The notes beneath the pieces were generated by a model. That model was not told where the DNA came from. It saw only the letters and a program-made list of their open reading frames with translations, and searched no databases. Made by a program: the position numbers and the translations under genes. From Chloroflexota bacterium (GTDB taxonomy: Bacteria > Chloroflexota > UBA11872 > VXOZ01): a stretch of 64,000 bases of DNA. This document shows positions 38,403-46,749 of this stretch, piece by piece. Each line of letters opens with the position of its first letter. Positions within the stretch are counted from its first letter, which is position 1. Location: assembly GCA_963663275.1 (NCBI GenBank), contig OY760183.1:352001-416000 (forward strand), read 5' to 3'.

Positions 38403-40028
38403 TTATCTTTGCCCGTCGCTGATGCCGCTGATGCGGGTGTTGATGGTATGCCAGCCGGAAGCGCCGTTGGGGGCCGGCGCAAGTTTCGTTTCGTCCTGGA
38501 GTTCGCCGTCGCCGTCGGTAGCGCGCACCCGGATCGTGTAGCCGGCCGCCACCGGCGGTTCCCACGTAGTCTTCCATTGCACCCACGAAAACGGGGCCAG
38601 CGCCTTGCCGAGTTGCGCCACCTGCCAGTTATCGCCCTCGTCGATGCTGACCTCCACCTTGCTGATGCCGCGACTGCCCGCAAAGGCAATGCCGCCAATC
38701 AAGACCTCCCGTTCCACCTTGGCGCTCACCGTAGCGCCGTCGCGGGGCGCGTCGATGCGGGACATGGTTTTGATGATGGCCTCGTCGCTCCAGCCGCGCT
38801 GTTGCCAGAAGCCCTTGAAATCGTGGTCCACCGGCTCGATGCGCGTCAGCCACTTCACGTTCTTCATACCGTAGATATTCGGCACCACGAGGCGCACCGG
38901 GAAGCCGTGGTTGTTGGGCAAAGTCGCGCCGTTCATGCGGAACGCCGCGATCACGTTTGGATCCTGCGCCTTCTCCAGCGGGATACTCTCCTGGTAGCCG
39001 TCCGCCGCGTGCAGCACGATGTCTTTCACGCCCGGCTGGATGCCGGCCTGTTGCAGCAGGTCCCACAGCGGCACGCCTTCCCAGAACGCGTTGCCGATCA
39101 GATCGCCGCCGACCTCGTTGCTGATGCACTGGAGCGTGCAGTACTGCTGCTGGGTGGGCATGGCCGTAAACGTCTCGTAATCCAGCGTCATCCGGTTATC
39201 CACCATGCCGGTGATGGTCAGGTTCCAGTCGTTTACGTCAACCGTGGGGTCGATCATGTTCTTGGAGATGACGTAGAACTCATCGTTGGGGGTCACCAGC
39301 GGCTCCAGGCCCTCGAAGCCTTGCTGGAAGATGGGAGTTTCCTCGCCGCTGGGAGAGGTGGTGGTAGTTATCACCGGCTCGGCCAACGTCGCCTGGGACT
39401 GCGCGCCCAGCGCGCGGTTCAGCGCGTACGCCCCGCCCACGGCCAGGCCGGACGCCGCCAACGGCGCCAGCGAGCGGCGGGAGAGCATGTTCTCAGAGCC
39501 GGTGGCCAGCGCCTCGGCCGTGAACGGCTGCCGCACGAACGCCAGCGTCAGGCCGAACGCCAGGAAAGCGATCACGTCGGTGGCCGCGGCGGCGTACGCC
39601 GGCGCGGAGGCGTCCAGGCCAAAGAACCCGCGCAACACGAACGGCGACATAGTCACCGCGTACACCAGCCACAGCGCCAGGCCGTAGCCAAGGCCGTAAA
39701 GCAGCGTCGCAGACGTGCGTTCGCTGCCGCCGCCGTCGGGGCTGAGCCGGGCGAGGAGCCGCCCGTAGAGCAGCCCCAGGAGGCCGCCCGCGCCCACGAT
39801 GGCGATGAGTATGGCATAGAAGTTGAGCTTCTTGGCCAGCGTGCCCAGCACCTGCACCACCGCCTCGAAGAGCGCCGGCGGCACGAAACTCAGGATGCGT
39901 TCCGCCACCGCCTCCGGCAAGGCGGGAACCTGCCAGATGAAACGCGCCACGAAGTATATCGCCAGAAAGACCGCGGCGGCAATCGCGCCGGACAGAAACT
40001 CTCTGCGCCAGGATGCGGTCGAGTCCAT
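38403..40028 (-). CDS. Membrane-bound molybdopterin oxidoreductase, sulfite-oxidase family
   Basis: TPNDEFY, TLQCISN Mo-ligating Cys, HGFPVRLVVP.IYGMKNVKW, GFWQQRGW, dimerisation domain; about 5 N-terminal TM helices. Confidence 0.9.
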   Translation of the reverse strand: MDSTASWRREFLSGAIAAAVFLAIYFVARFIWQVPALPEAVAERILSFVPPALFEAVVQVLGTLAKKLNFYAILIAIVGAGGLLGLLYGRLLARLSPDGGGSERTSATLLYGLGYGLALWLVYAVTMSPFVLRGFFGLDASAPAYAAAATDVIAFLAFGLTLAFVRQPFTAEALATGSENMLSRRSLAPLAASGLAVGGAYALNRALGAQSQATLAEPVITTTTSPSGEETPIFQQGFEGLEPLVTPNDEFYVISKNMIDPTVDVNDWNLTITGMVDNRMTLDYETFTAMPTQQQYCTLQCISNEVGGDLIGNAFWEGVPLWDLLQQAGIQPGVKDIVLHAADGYQESIPLEKAQDPNVIAAFRMNGATLPNNHGFPVRLVVPNIYGMKNVKWLTRIEPVDHDFKGFWQQRGWSDEAIIKTMSRIDAPRDGATVSAKVEREVLIGGIAFAGSRGISKVEVSIDEGDNWQVAQLGKALAPFSWVQWKTTWEPPVAAGYTIRVRATDGDGELQDETKLAPAPNGASGWHTINTRISGISDGQR

Positions 40029-40302
40029 AGGTACCTTCCCCCATTGCTATGGTATGATGACTTGACTTCATCGTATCACAGAGATATTGGATAAGTATCC
40101 TCTCCACCTAAGAACTTCCTGAGAGAAGTTTGCCCCAAAACGTCCCAGGCAGTAGAGTCTGTGGGTAGCGAAACTTTAGCGAAGAGCGTAGACTGGTTAG
40201 CCATAGGTAGAGTATGCTCATTGCCGAAGCAACCCTCGCCATTTGCAGCAGCATCGTATGCGCGGCGCAAGCAGCGCCTTGCAGGACGGAGGTAACCGCA
40301 TT

Positions 40303-41736
40303 ATGAACGAAAAGACTATCCAATCCGGCCGCTCGCGGCGCAGTGTGCTCCGCAGCATGGGCGCGCTTGGCCTGGGCGCGGCCGCCGCCGCGCTCGGTTC
40401 GGCGTGCAGCGGCCTCAACCGCCGCCGGTGCGACGGCCCGTGCGTCCCCACGCCCACGCCCATCATCCCGATCACGCCGACGCCGGTGCAGGGGCCCATA
40501 CCCATCATTCGCCGGCCCGGCCTCGTCACCTTCTGGACCTGGGCCGCCGGGCCCACCCGGCAGTGGCTCACGGACGTCCACGACCTGTTCGCCGCCCGCA
40601 CGGGCAACACGCTGGAACCGGTCTTCCTGGGCAGCCAGCGCGCGGTGGAAAGCAGGCTGGCGCAGGCCACGGCCGCGGGCGACGGCGCGCCGGACGCCGT
40701 GCACGTGCCCATGGGCGCGCTGCCGCGCTGGGCGGAAGCCTCGCTGGTGCAAGACCTCACGCCCAACCTGAACTGGCCGCGCACGGTGAACCTGGCGCAG
40801 TTCGCGAAGGGCGTCCTGCCCTACGCTTCCGTGGACGAAAAGACCTACGCGATTCCCTACGACGACCCGCAGGCCATCGGGCTGGCGCTCAACGCCAAGC
40901 ACATGGATGAAGCGGGCGTTACCGTGGACGTGGAAGCCTTCAAGCAATGGGGCTGGGATAACCTGCGGGAAACCGCCCAGGCCCTCACCCAACGGCAGGG
41001 TGACCGCATCCAGCGCCCGGGCATGCACGTCAGTTCGAACTGGCTCCAGGTCCTCACCTGGCTCTACAGCAACGACACCGGCTTCTTCCAGAATAACGCC
41101 GACGGCGGCAACGTGGTGGTGAATAACCCGGACGCCCAGGCTACGCTCCAGTTCCTGGCCGACATGGTGACCGAGGATAAGGTGAGCGGCGAGCCGTCGC
41201 CCTACGTGGACTCCGCCAGCGTCTTCGTGCGCGGCGGCGCCTCCATGGCGGTGGTGAACGCCGACGCGATCAACCACGCCGTGCGCGTGCACTCGGAGCA
41301 ACAAGCCGCCACGCCGGAACTGCCATTCCACTGGCTGCCCCTGCCCACAGGGCCCAGCGGCAGCGCGCCCGCCACCCAGGTCTGGTCGCACCAGATCGCC
41401 ATTCCGGCCGCGGCCGGCAATCCAACCTCCGGCTGGGACCTGCTCACGTTCCTCTATACGCGGGAAACGCTGCAAGACTACCTGGGCAGCACCGGCATGA
41501 CGCTGCCGTTCAAGCCGCAATGGAAGTATCCCATGGCGAAGCTGGTGACCACTTTCACCCCTACCTACATGGAGTACCTGGACCTGCTGGACCAGGAAAG
41601 CCCCTCGCCGGTGCTGGGCCGCGACGCCTTGGCCCGCAACCTGGCCCAACCGCTGCGCCAAGCCATCTCCGGCGAACGACCGGTGGCGGACATGATGCCG
41701 GAAATCGAACGCGCCGTGCGCACCGCAGTCTCCTAG
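40303..41736 (+). CDS. ABC transporter solute-binding lipoprotein (family 1), Tat signal
   Basis: SRRSVL, GSAC lipobox, TYAIPYD, WGWDNL, LPTGPSG; GGAGGT RBS. Confidence 0.82.
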   Translation: MNEKTIQSGRSRRSVLRSMGALGLGAAAAALGSACSGLNRRRCDGPCVPTPTPIIPITPTPVQGPIPIIRRPGLVTFWTWAAGPTRQWLTDVHDLFAARTGNTLEPVFLGSQRAVESRLAQATAAGDGAPDAVHVPMGALPRWAEASLVQDLTPNLNWPRTVNLAQFAKGVLPYASVDEKTYAIPYDDPQAIGLALNAKHMDEAGVTVDVEAFKQWGWDNLRETAQALTQRQGDRIQRPGMHVSSNWLQVLTWLYSNDTGFFQNNADGGNVVVNNPDAQATLQFLADMVTEDKVSGEPSPYVDSASVFVRGGASMAVVNADAINHAVRVHSEQQAATPELPFHWLPLPTGPSGSAPATQVWSHQIAIPAAAGNPTSGWDLLTFLYTRETLQDYLGSTGMTLPFKPQWKYPMAKLVTTFTPTYMEYLDLLDQESPSPVLGRDALARNLAQPLRQAISGERPVADMMPEIERAVRTAVS

Positions 41737-41780
41737 AGCATACCAGCGGCCCGACACACCCGCCCCGCCGGACAAGCGCC

Positions 41781-41950
41781 CCGGTAGCGCAGGTTTGTAA
41801 CCTGCGTATTCGCCTAGGTAGCGTAGGTTTCCAACCTGCGCCCGCCTCTTCATGCACTCCGGAAGCGCAGGTTTCCAACCTGCGCCCGCCTCTTCATGCG
41901 CTCCGGTAGCGCAGGTTTGTAACCTGCGTCTTCACTCCGGTAGCGCAGCT
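41781..41950 (+). repeat. REP-B tandem cluster
   Basis: Four to five copies of GGTAGCG(C/T)AGGTTT..AACCTGCG with duplicated spacers. Confidence 0.85.
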
Positions 41951-41986
41951 TTCACTCCTATCGGCCGTAGCGCGGGGGCTTGTCCC

Positions 41987-42148
41987 CAATACTGTCGCAT
42001 TAACGTAGCGCGGGGGCTTGTCCCCCGCCGGAATAAGAGAAATGCTAACGAAATGGATTGACCCTACGGAAGACGCAGGTTACAAACCTGCGCTACCGGA
42101 GAAACGAGCGTTGTTTTCACTCTCATTGTGTTTAATGCGACAGCATTG
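41987..42148. mobile_element. MITE family A (162 bp) inserted into the centre of a REP-A
   Basis: TIRs CAATACTGTCGCATTAA / TTAATGCGACAGCATTG (right end identical to the IS4); perfect 11-bp duplication GGGCTTGTCCC. Confidence 0.92.
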
Positions 42149-42408
42149 GGGCTTGTCCCCCGCCTCTTGGCGCACGCTCCCCCGTAGGGGCAACCCTTGT
42201 GGTTGCCCTCTTGTTTGCGCTTGCCCTCCTGCTTATGGTTCCCCCATGCCGTTCTACCTACGGCGCCCTTCTCGGATCCCGGGTTGCGCGTGCCCGCACT
42301 CCAGGCCACAAACATGGCCGCCCTGCCTTCCTGGGCGACCACCAGGGTCGCCCCTACCGCCTAGCCCACACGGCCCCAGGCAAGGCGCACAGTTGCGATA
42401 AACTTAAC

Positions 42409-42452
42409 AAAAGAGAACGGCGCCAACGCAGCGGTTGACGCCGTTCTCTCTT
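42409..42452 (-). terminator. Intrinsic terminator downstream of the tRNA-Ser genes
   Basis: Minus strand AGAGAACGGCGTCAAC...GTTGGCGCCGTTCTCTTTT. Confidence 0.75.
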
Positions 42453-42462
42453 GCATAACCTT

Positions 42463-42556
42463 TGGCGGAGGGGGAGGGATTCGAACCCTCGGTGGAGCTA
42501 CTAACCCCACAATCGCTTAGCAGGCGACCGCACTAGACCATCTATGCGACCCCTCC
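42463..42556 (-). tRNA. tRNA-Ser (anticodon GCT)
   Basis: GGAGGGG acceptor stem, GTCGC-CT-GCT-AA-GCGAT anticodon arm, long variable arm, GGTTCGAATCC, encoded CCA. Confidence 0.96.
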
Positions 42557-42742
42557 ATAAACGCATCCCACGGCTCCCCACACACCGGATTTGCCGTCTC
42601 CCGTCGCTCGCGGGACACAGTTAGATTGTAACACATCGAGTCCAGCGGCCTCCTGGGCCGCTCGCGCCGCGCCGGCAGCGCACACTGCCGCTGCCGCCGT
42701 CAGGCCGGCGCCGGACAGCGGCCACATTCCTAGCCGAGACTC

Positions 42743-42828
42743 TGGCGGAGGGGGAGGGATTCGAACCCCCGGACCTTTCGGTCAATGGTTTTCAAGACCA
42801 TCTCCATAAACCACTCGGACACCCCTCC
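42743..42828 (-). tRNA. tRNA-Ser (anticodon TGA)
   Basis: ATGGT-CT-TGA-AA-ACCAT anticodon arm, variable arm, T-loop, encoded CCA. Confidence 0.96.
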
Positions 42829-42980
42829 ATGCCTTAAATGATACCAGGAGCGCGCGGCCTAGAGCGCGGACTCAGCGCGAAAACGCGGGAAGATTGCGAC
42901 AAGCGCCGGCGCGGTCCAGCATTCTCACCCTTGACCCATGCCAGTGCGCGCGGGGCATCGACGCCCAACAGGCAGGTCCG

Positions 42981-43280
42981 TCACGCCTCGGCGGCGTCCG
43001 TCTCCGCAGCCTCCGGCTTGCCGAGGTTGAAGCCGCCTTCTTCCGAGAAGCTCAAGACAACGCCGTCCAGGGTGCGCAGGCTGAGCTTATCCACCAGCAC
43101 CTTGAGGCCGTGCTGTTCGCTGACCGCGTCGTTCTTGCCGGGCTGCTCCTCGCTGGACATGCCGAACTGCATGCCCTCCGCGCCGGGACGCACGAACACG
43201 CGCAGGTACATTTCGCCCTCGCCTTCCGCTTCCATCTGCGACTTGATGAGGCGCGCGGCGGCTTCCGTTATCGTGAACAT
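42981..43280 (-). CDS. HesB/IscA-like protein lacking cysteines
   Basis: ITEAAA...LRVFV...D.V....G.KVLVD..S...LDG..L pattern; GGAG RBS. Confidence 0.75.
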   Translation of the reverse strand: MFTITEAAARLIKSQMEAEGEGEMYLRVFVRPGAEGMQFGMSSEEQPGKNDAVSEQHGLKVLVDKLSLRTLDGVVLSFSEEGGFNLGKPEAAETDAAEA

Positions 43281-43456
43281 GCTTTCTCTCCTCGCTGTGG
43301 GACTCCAGGGGGCTTGTGAGTCCAGCGTTCAGCGTAGCACGCGGCCTAGCCGCCGTAAACAGCGCGAATCCGCCGCTTGACCCCCCTCACCCTAACCCTC
43401 TCCCCCAGCGGGAGAGGGGACAAGAGCAACTGCCCGCCTCCGGTTCCCTCTCGCCC

Positions 43457-43600
43457 GGCTGACAGGGATATGCAGGTGTCATTCCGAGCGGAGCGAGGAA
43501 TCTAGAACCGACGTTTTTGCAGCGAAAGCCTTAGATTCCTCTCTCCGCTGCGCTCCGTTCGGAATGACACGTGAAATCGGATGTAGAATGCACACCCCTC
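43457..43600. mobile_element. MITE family D between two inverted class G repeats
   Basis: Begins GGCTGACAGGG; carries the TGTCATTCCGAGCGGAGCGAGGAATCT / AGATTCCTC..CGGAATGACA pair; homolog of 11509-11655. Confidence 0.6.
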
Positions 43601-43961
43601 CCTCGCTCAGGCTGTGACAATTGAGGCGGCTGGATGGCTCCGGTTCCCTCTCCTGGGGGAGAGGGTTAGGGTGAGGGGGCAGTAGCCGCGAGGCGGGCGT
43701 TTGGGTATGCTGGACGGAGACGGGCGCAAGGGCACGCGGGCACCCGCAACGAGGACACATCGCGTCCAATGGCATGACGCCCGCAACAAGGGCGCATTGC
43801 CTTCAACAACATGGTGTCCGCCGTTTGGTAGTTTGGTAGGGGCACGACATGTCGTGCCCCTACCAAACGCAATAGGAACAATCGAGCGCCGCCGCCAGCC
43901 GAGCGCCGCCGGCAATCGACCGCACCGGCAATCGACCGCGCCGCCAACGGGAGCAACGCAC

Positions 43962-44687
43962 GTGGGGCAAGAGAGCATCGAACCGCGTTTAGACCCCTCG
44001 CAGATCACCGAGGCCGACATCGCGTATCAGCGCAGCCACAGCAACAAGCGGAACTGGTTCTGGTACTTCATCGTTGGCGGCCTGGTGCTGCTGCCGCTCT
44101 TCCATCTCTATCTGGGGTTGCGCGTCAGGGGCGCCAAACCGCCGCGCACCGGGCCGTTGCTCATCATCTGCAATCACCGCAACAACCTCGACCCGTTTGC
44201 CGTGGGCGTGGCCTGCCCGCACCGGGCGCTCTCCTTCATGGCCAAGGTGGAACTCTTCCGCATTTGGCTGTTGCGCGTGCTGCTGCCCCGCTGGAGCACC
44301 TATCCCATCATCCGGCAGACCAACGACGTGCGCAGCGTGCGCCTGCTGATGCAGTTGCTCAAGCAAGGCGAGGCGGTGGTGCTCTTCCCGGAAGGCACCC
44401 GCAGCCGCAGCGGCGCGGTCGGCCCGTTCAACGCCGGTTTCGTGCGCATCGCCGTGCGCCAACGGATACCGATCGTGCTTGGCGCCATCCGCAACACCGA
44501 GAAGGCGCTGCCGCGCGGCAGCAAGTTCCCCCGTCCGCGGGTGGACATCAGCGTCACCTTCGACGAACCGCTGGAACTTGACGAGCACTACGGCAAGAAA
44601 CTCACCGGCGAGGAAGCGGACGCAATCGCGGAATCCCTGCGGCAGCGCGTCGTCGCCCTGCTGGATGAGGGGAACGCGCCCGCCTGA
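43962..44687 (+). CDS. plsC: 1-acyl-sn-glycerol-3-phosphate acyltransferase
   Basis: NHRNNLD (NHxxxxD), FMAKVELF, FPEGTRS; GTG start after GGGAG. Confidence 0.85.
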   Translation: MGQESIEPRLDPSQITEADIAYQRSHSNKRNWFWYFIVGGLVLLPLFHLYLGLRVRGAKPPRTGPLLIICNHRNNLDPFAVGVACPHRALSFMAKVELFRIWLLRVLLPRWSTYPIIRQTNDVRSVRLLMQLLKQGEAVVLFPEGTRSRSGAVGPFNAGFVRIAVRQRIPIVLGAIRNTEKALPRGSKFPRPRVDISVTFDEPLELDEHYGKKLTGEEADAIAESLRQRVVALLDEGNAPA

Positions 44688-44808
44688 GCTAACCCCTGAG
44701 TCCCTTGTAACGCCGGTCTTGCGCTTCCCCGGCGGGCCGCCCCGTTGTTCCCGCCGCCGCGCGTCCGGTACAATGAGAGTGGACGCGGCGCGGAGCGGAA
44801 AGGCTGCA

Positions 44809-45669
44809 ATGAACATCATCCTGGCGCAAGAGATGGGCTTTTGCTACGGCGTCAAGCGCGCGATCGAGATGACCCAAGAGGCGGCGAAAGAAAAGGGCGC
44901 GCTCTACACGCTGGGACAACTCGTGCACAACCCGTCCGTGATCGAGCGCCTTGGGCAGGACGGCATCGAGGTGGTGGCGGACATGGAGAGCATTCCCAAG
45001 GACGGCACTGCCACCATCACCGCCCATGGCGCCGGCAAGGCGGTCACGGAAGCAATCGCCGATCACAACCTGGCGCTTATGGACGCCACCTGCCCGATCG
45101 TCTCCAAAGTGCATCGCATCGTGCAGGAACACGCCGAGCGCGGCTATCAGATTCTGATCTTCGGCGACCCCACCCACAAAGAGGTGCGCGGCATTCTGGG
45201 CTGGTCCGCCGGCCGCGGCGTGGCCGTGGCCAGCGCCGCAGAACTGGACTCCGTGCGCTTGCGCCGCAAGATCTGCCTGGTCTCGCAGACCACGCAGACC
45301 GTAGAACGCTTCCGGGCGGTGGCCCGCCGCCTCATGGACCTGGCGCTGGAGGACGCGCTGGAGGTGCACGTGGTCAACACGCTCTGCTTCGCCACCACCA
45401 AACAACAGGCCGCCGCGCGCGACATTCTGCCGCAGGTGGACGTGATGATCGTGGTGGGCGGCCGCAACAGCGCCAACACGACCCACCTGGCGGAGATTTC
45501 GCACGAGGCGAACACGCCCACCTACCACATCGAATCCGCCGCCGAACTCGATCCCGCCTGGTTTGCGCATACGGAAAACGTGGGCATCACCGCCGGCGCT
45601 TCCACGCCGGATTGGTCGGTGCACGAGGTGGTGGACTGGCTCAAGGAACTGGACGCGGTCTCTTCCTGA
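44809..45669 (+). CDS. ispH: 4-hydroxy-3-methylbut-2-enyl diphosphate reductase
   Basis: GFCYGV.RA, VHN, AHG, DATCP, HKEV, TLC.AT..Q, SANT, GITAGASTP. Confidence 0.96.
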   Translation: MNIILAQEMGFCYGVKRAIEMTQEAAKEKGALYTLGQLVHNPSVIERLGQDGIEVVADMESIPKDGTATITAHGAGKAVTEAIADHNLALMDATCPIVSKVHRIVQEHAERGYQILIFGDPTHKEVRGILGWSAGRGVAVASAAELDSVRLRRKICLVSQTTQTVERFRAVARRLMDLALEDALEVHVVNTLCFATTKQQAAARDILPQVDVMIVVGGRNSANTTHLAEISHEANTPTYHIESAAELDPAWFAHTENVGITAGASTPDWSVHEVVDWLKELDAVSS

Positions 45670-45729
45670 GCGCCTTTCCCCCGATTGCGTTCTACAGCCG
45701 CGCGCAGCCTGGCTCCTTCCACGCAACCC

Positions 45730-46460
45730 GTAGCGCGGGGGTTTGTCCCCCGCCGGGGCACTCCGCACCGCAAACCAGGACGCAGGTTACAAACCTGCCC
45801 TACCGGACCGGGGACATTCCCTATTGGTGTCGCTCTTACGTAGCGCGAGGGCTTGTCCCCCGCCGGGACACTCTACACCGCAAACCAGGACGCAGGTTAC
45901 AAACCTGCGCTACCGGACTGGGGGCGATCCCTAATTGGTGTCACATCAATGTAGCGCGGCGGCTCGTCAACGCGGTGTAGGGGCACGACATGTCGTGCCC
46001 CTACACCGCGTTGACGACAGGTCAAACATATTAACAGCGCGGTTTCGCCGTGGTTGCCTAAGTCAGAAGTTAATGCAACAGCATTGGGGCTTGTCCCCCG
46101 CCTGGGTTCTCCGCACCGCAAACCAGGACGCAGGTTACAAACCTGCGCTACCGGAGCGGGGACATTCCCTTTTGCCGTCACATCAACGTAGCGCGGGGGC
46201 TCGTCAACGCGGTGTAGGGGCACGACATGTCGTGCCCCTACACCGCGTTGACGACAGGTCAAGCATATTAACAGCGCGGGTTCGCCGTGTTTGCCTAAGT
46301 CAGAAGTTAATGCAACAGCATTGGGGCTTGTCCCCCGCCCGGCGCTCCACACCGCAAACCAGGACGCAGGTTACAATCCTGCGCTACCGGAGCGAAGACG
46401 CGGGTTGCTATCCTGCGCTACCGGAGCGAAGACGCGGGTTGCTATCCTGCGCTACCGGCG
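45730..46460. repeat. Nested repeat block: REP-A/REP-B pairs, a 237-bp tandem duplication with IS4-type ends, and two perfect 54-bp palindromes
   Basis: TTAATGCAACAGCATTG-GGGCTTGTCCC at 46070 and 46307; palindromes at 45964-46017 and 46201-46254; 34-bp tandem at 46377-46458. Confidence 0.85.
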
Positions 46461-46749
46461 TTGCGGTACTCTGAATGCTCCCTACTCCCTGCCAGGAAAC
46501 CGAACGCGCCATCACCGGGGAAGAACTCTCACGCCGCGGCCTTCGCTTGCTCGCGATAATCACGTCATCCATCCTAGCTGACGCGCGCGCGGCGCCATCT
46601 TCTCCCCAAAACGCCCCGCGCAGTGTACAACCACCGCGCTTCTGGAGTACCGTAGAGCCAGCAGGCAAGCATAGCGCGCGGTTGCGGCTCTGTCGCGGCG
46701 GCGGCGGGGCGCAGCGCGCGGAATCGTACAGCCAGCGCAGGGCAATTCT

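Noticed and set aside
40052-40076. Imperfect inverted repeat TATGATGA-N7-TCATCGTA in the divergent promoter region
   Set aside because: Single occurrence that matches no regulator consensus I can name; may be chance.
15188-41853. Long antisense ORFs (e.g. 15188-17086, 17150-18784, 20064-21935, 26870-28354, 38304-40094, 40108-41853)
   Set aside because: They are shadows of well-supported genes on the opposite strand, expected in high-GC DNA, and show no motifs.
42557-42742. SRP RNA or another ncRNA between the two tRNA-Ser genes
   Set aside because: No SRP domain IV motif on either strand; only GC hairpins and a -10-like TACAAT on the minus strand.
42463-42828. Integrative element at tRNA-Ser (shared 3' ends as att sites)
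   Set aside because: Both copies are complete tRNAs with different anticodons, and no integrase is nearby.
42940-42983. Selenocysteine read-through of the IscA-like TGA stop, which would give U-R-T-C
   Set aside because: The motif does not match the IscA CxC position, no convincing SECIS hairpin is visible, and TGA is a common stop in this genome.
14723-44809. N-terminal extensions in the ORF track for smc, the sulfatase, the IolE-like gene, plsC and ispH
   Set aside because: The extensions run through repeats or upstream genes; downstream starts match the family N-termini and mostly have an RBS.
7565-46474. Short ORFs made of VARGLVPR / AGYKPALP / VGARHVVP peptides
   Set aside because: These are translations of REP sequences, not genes.
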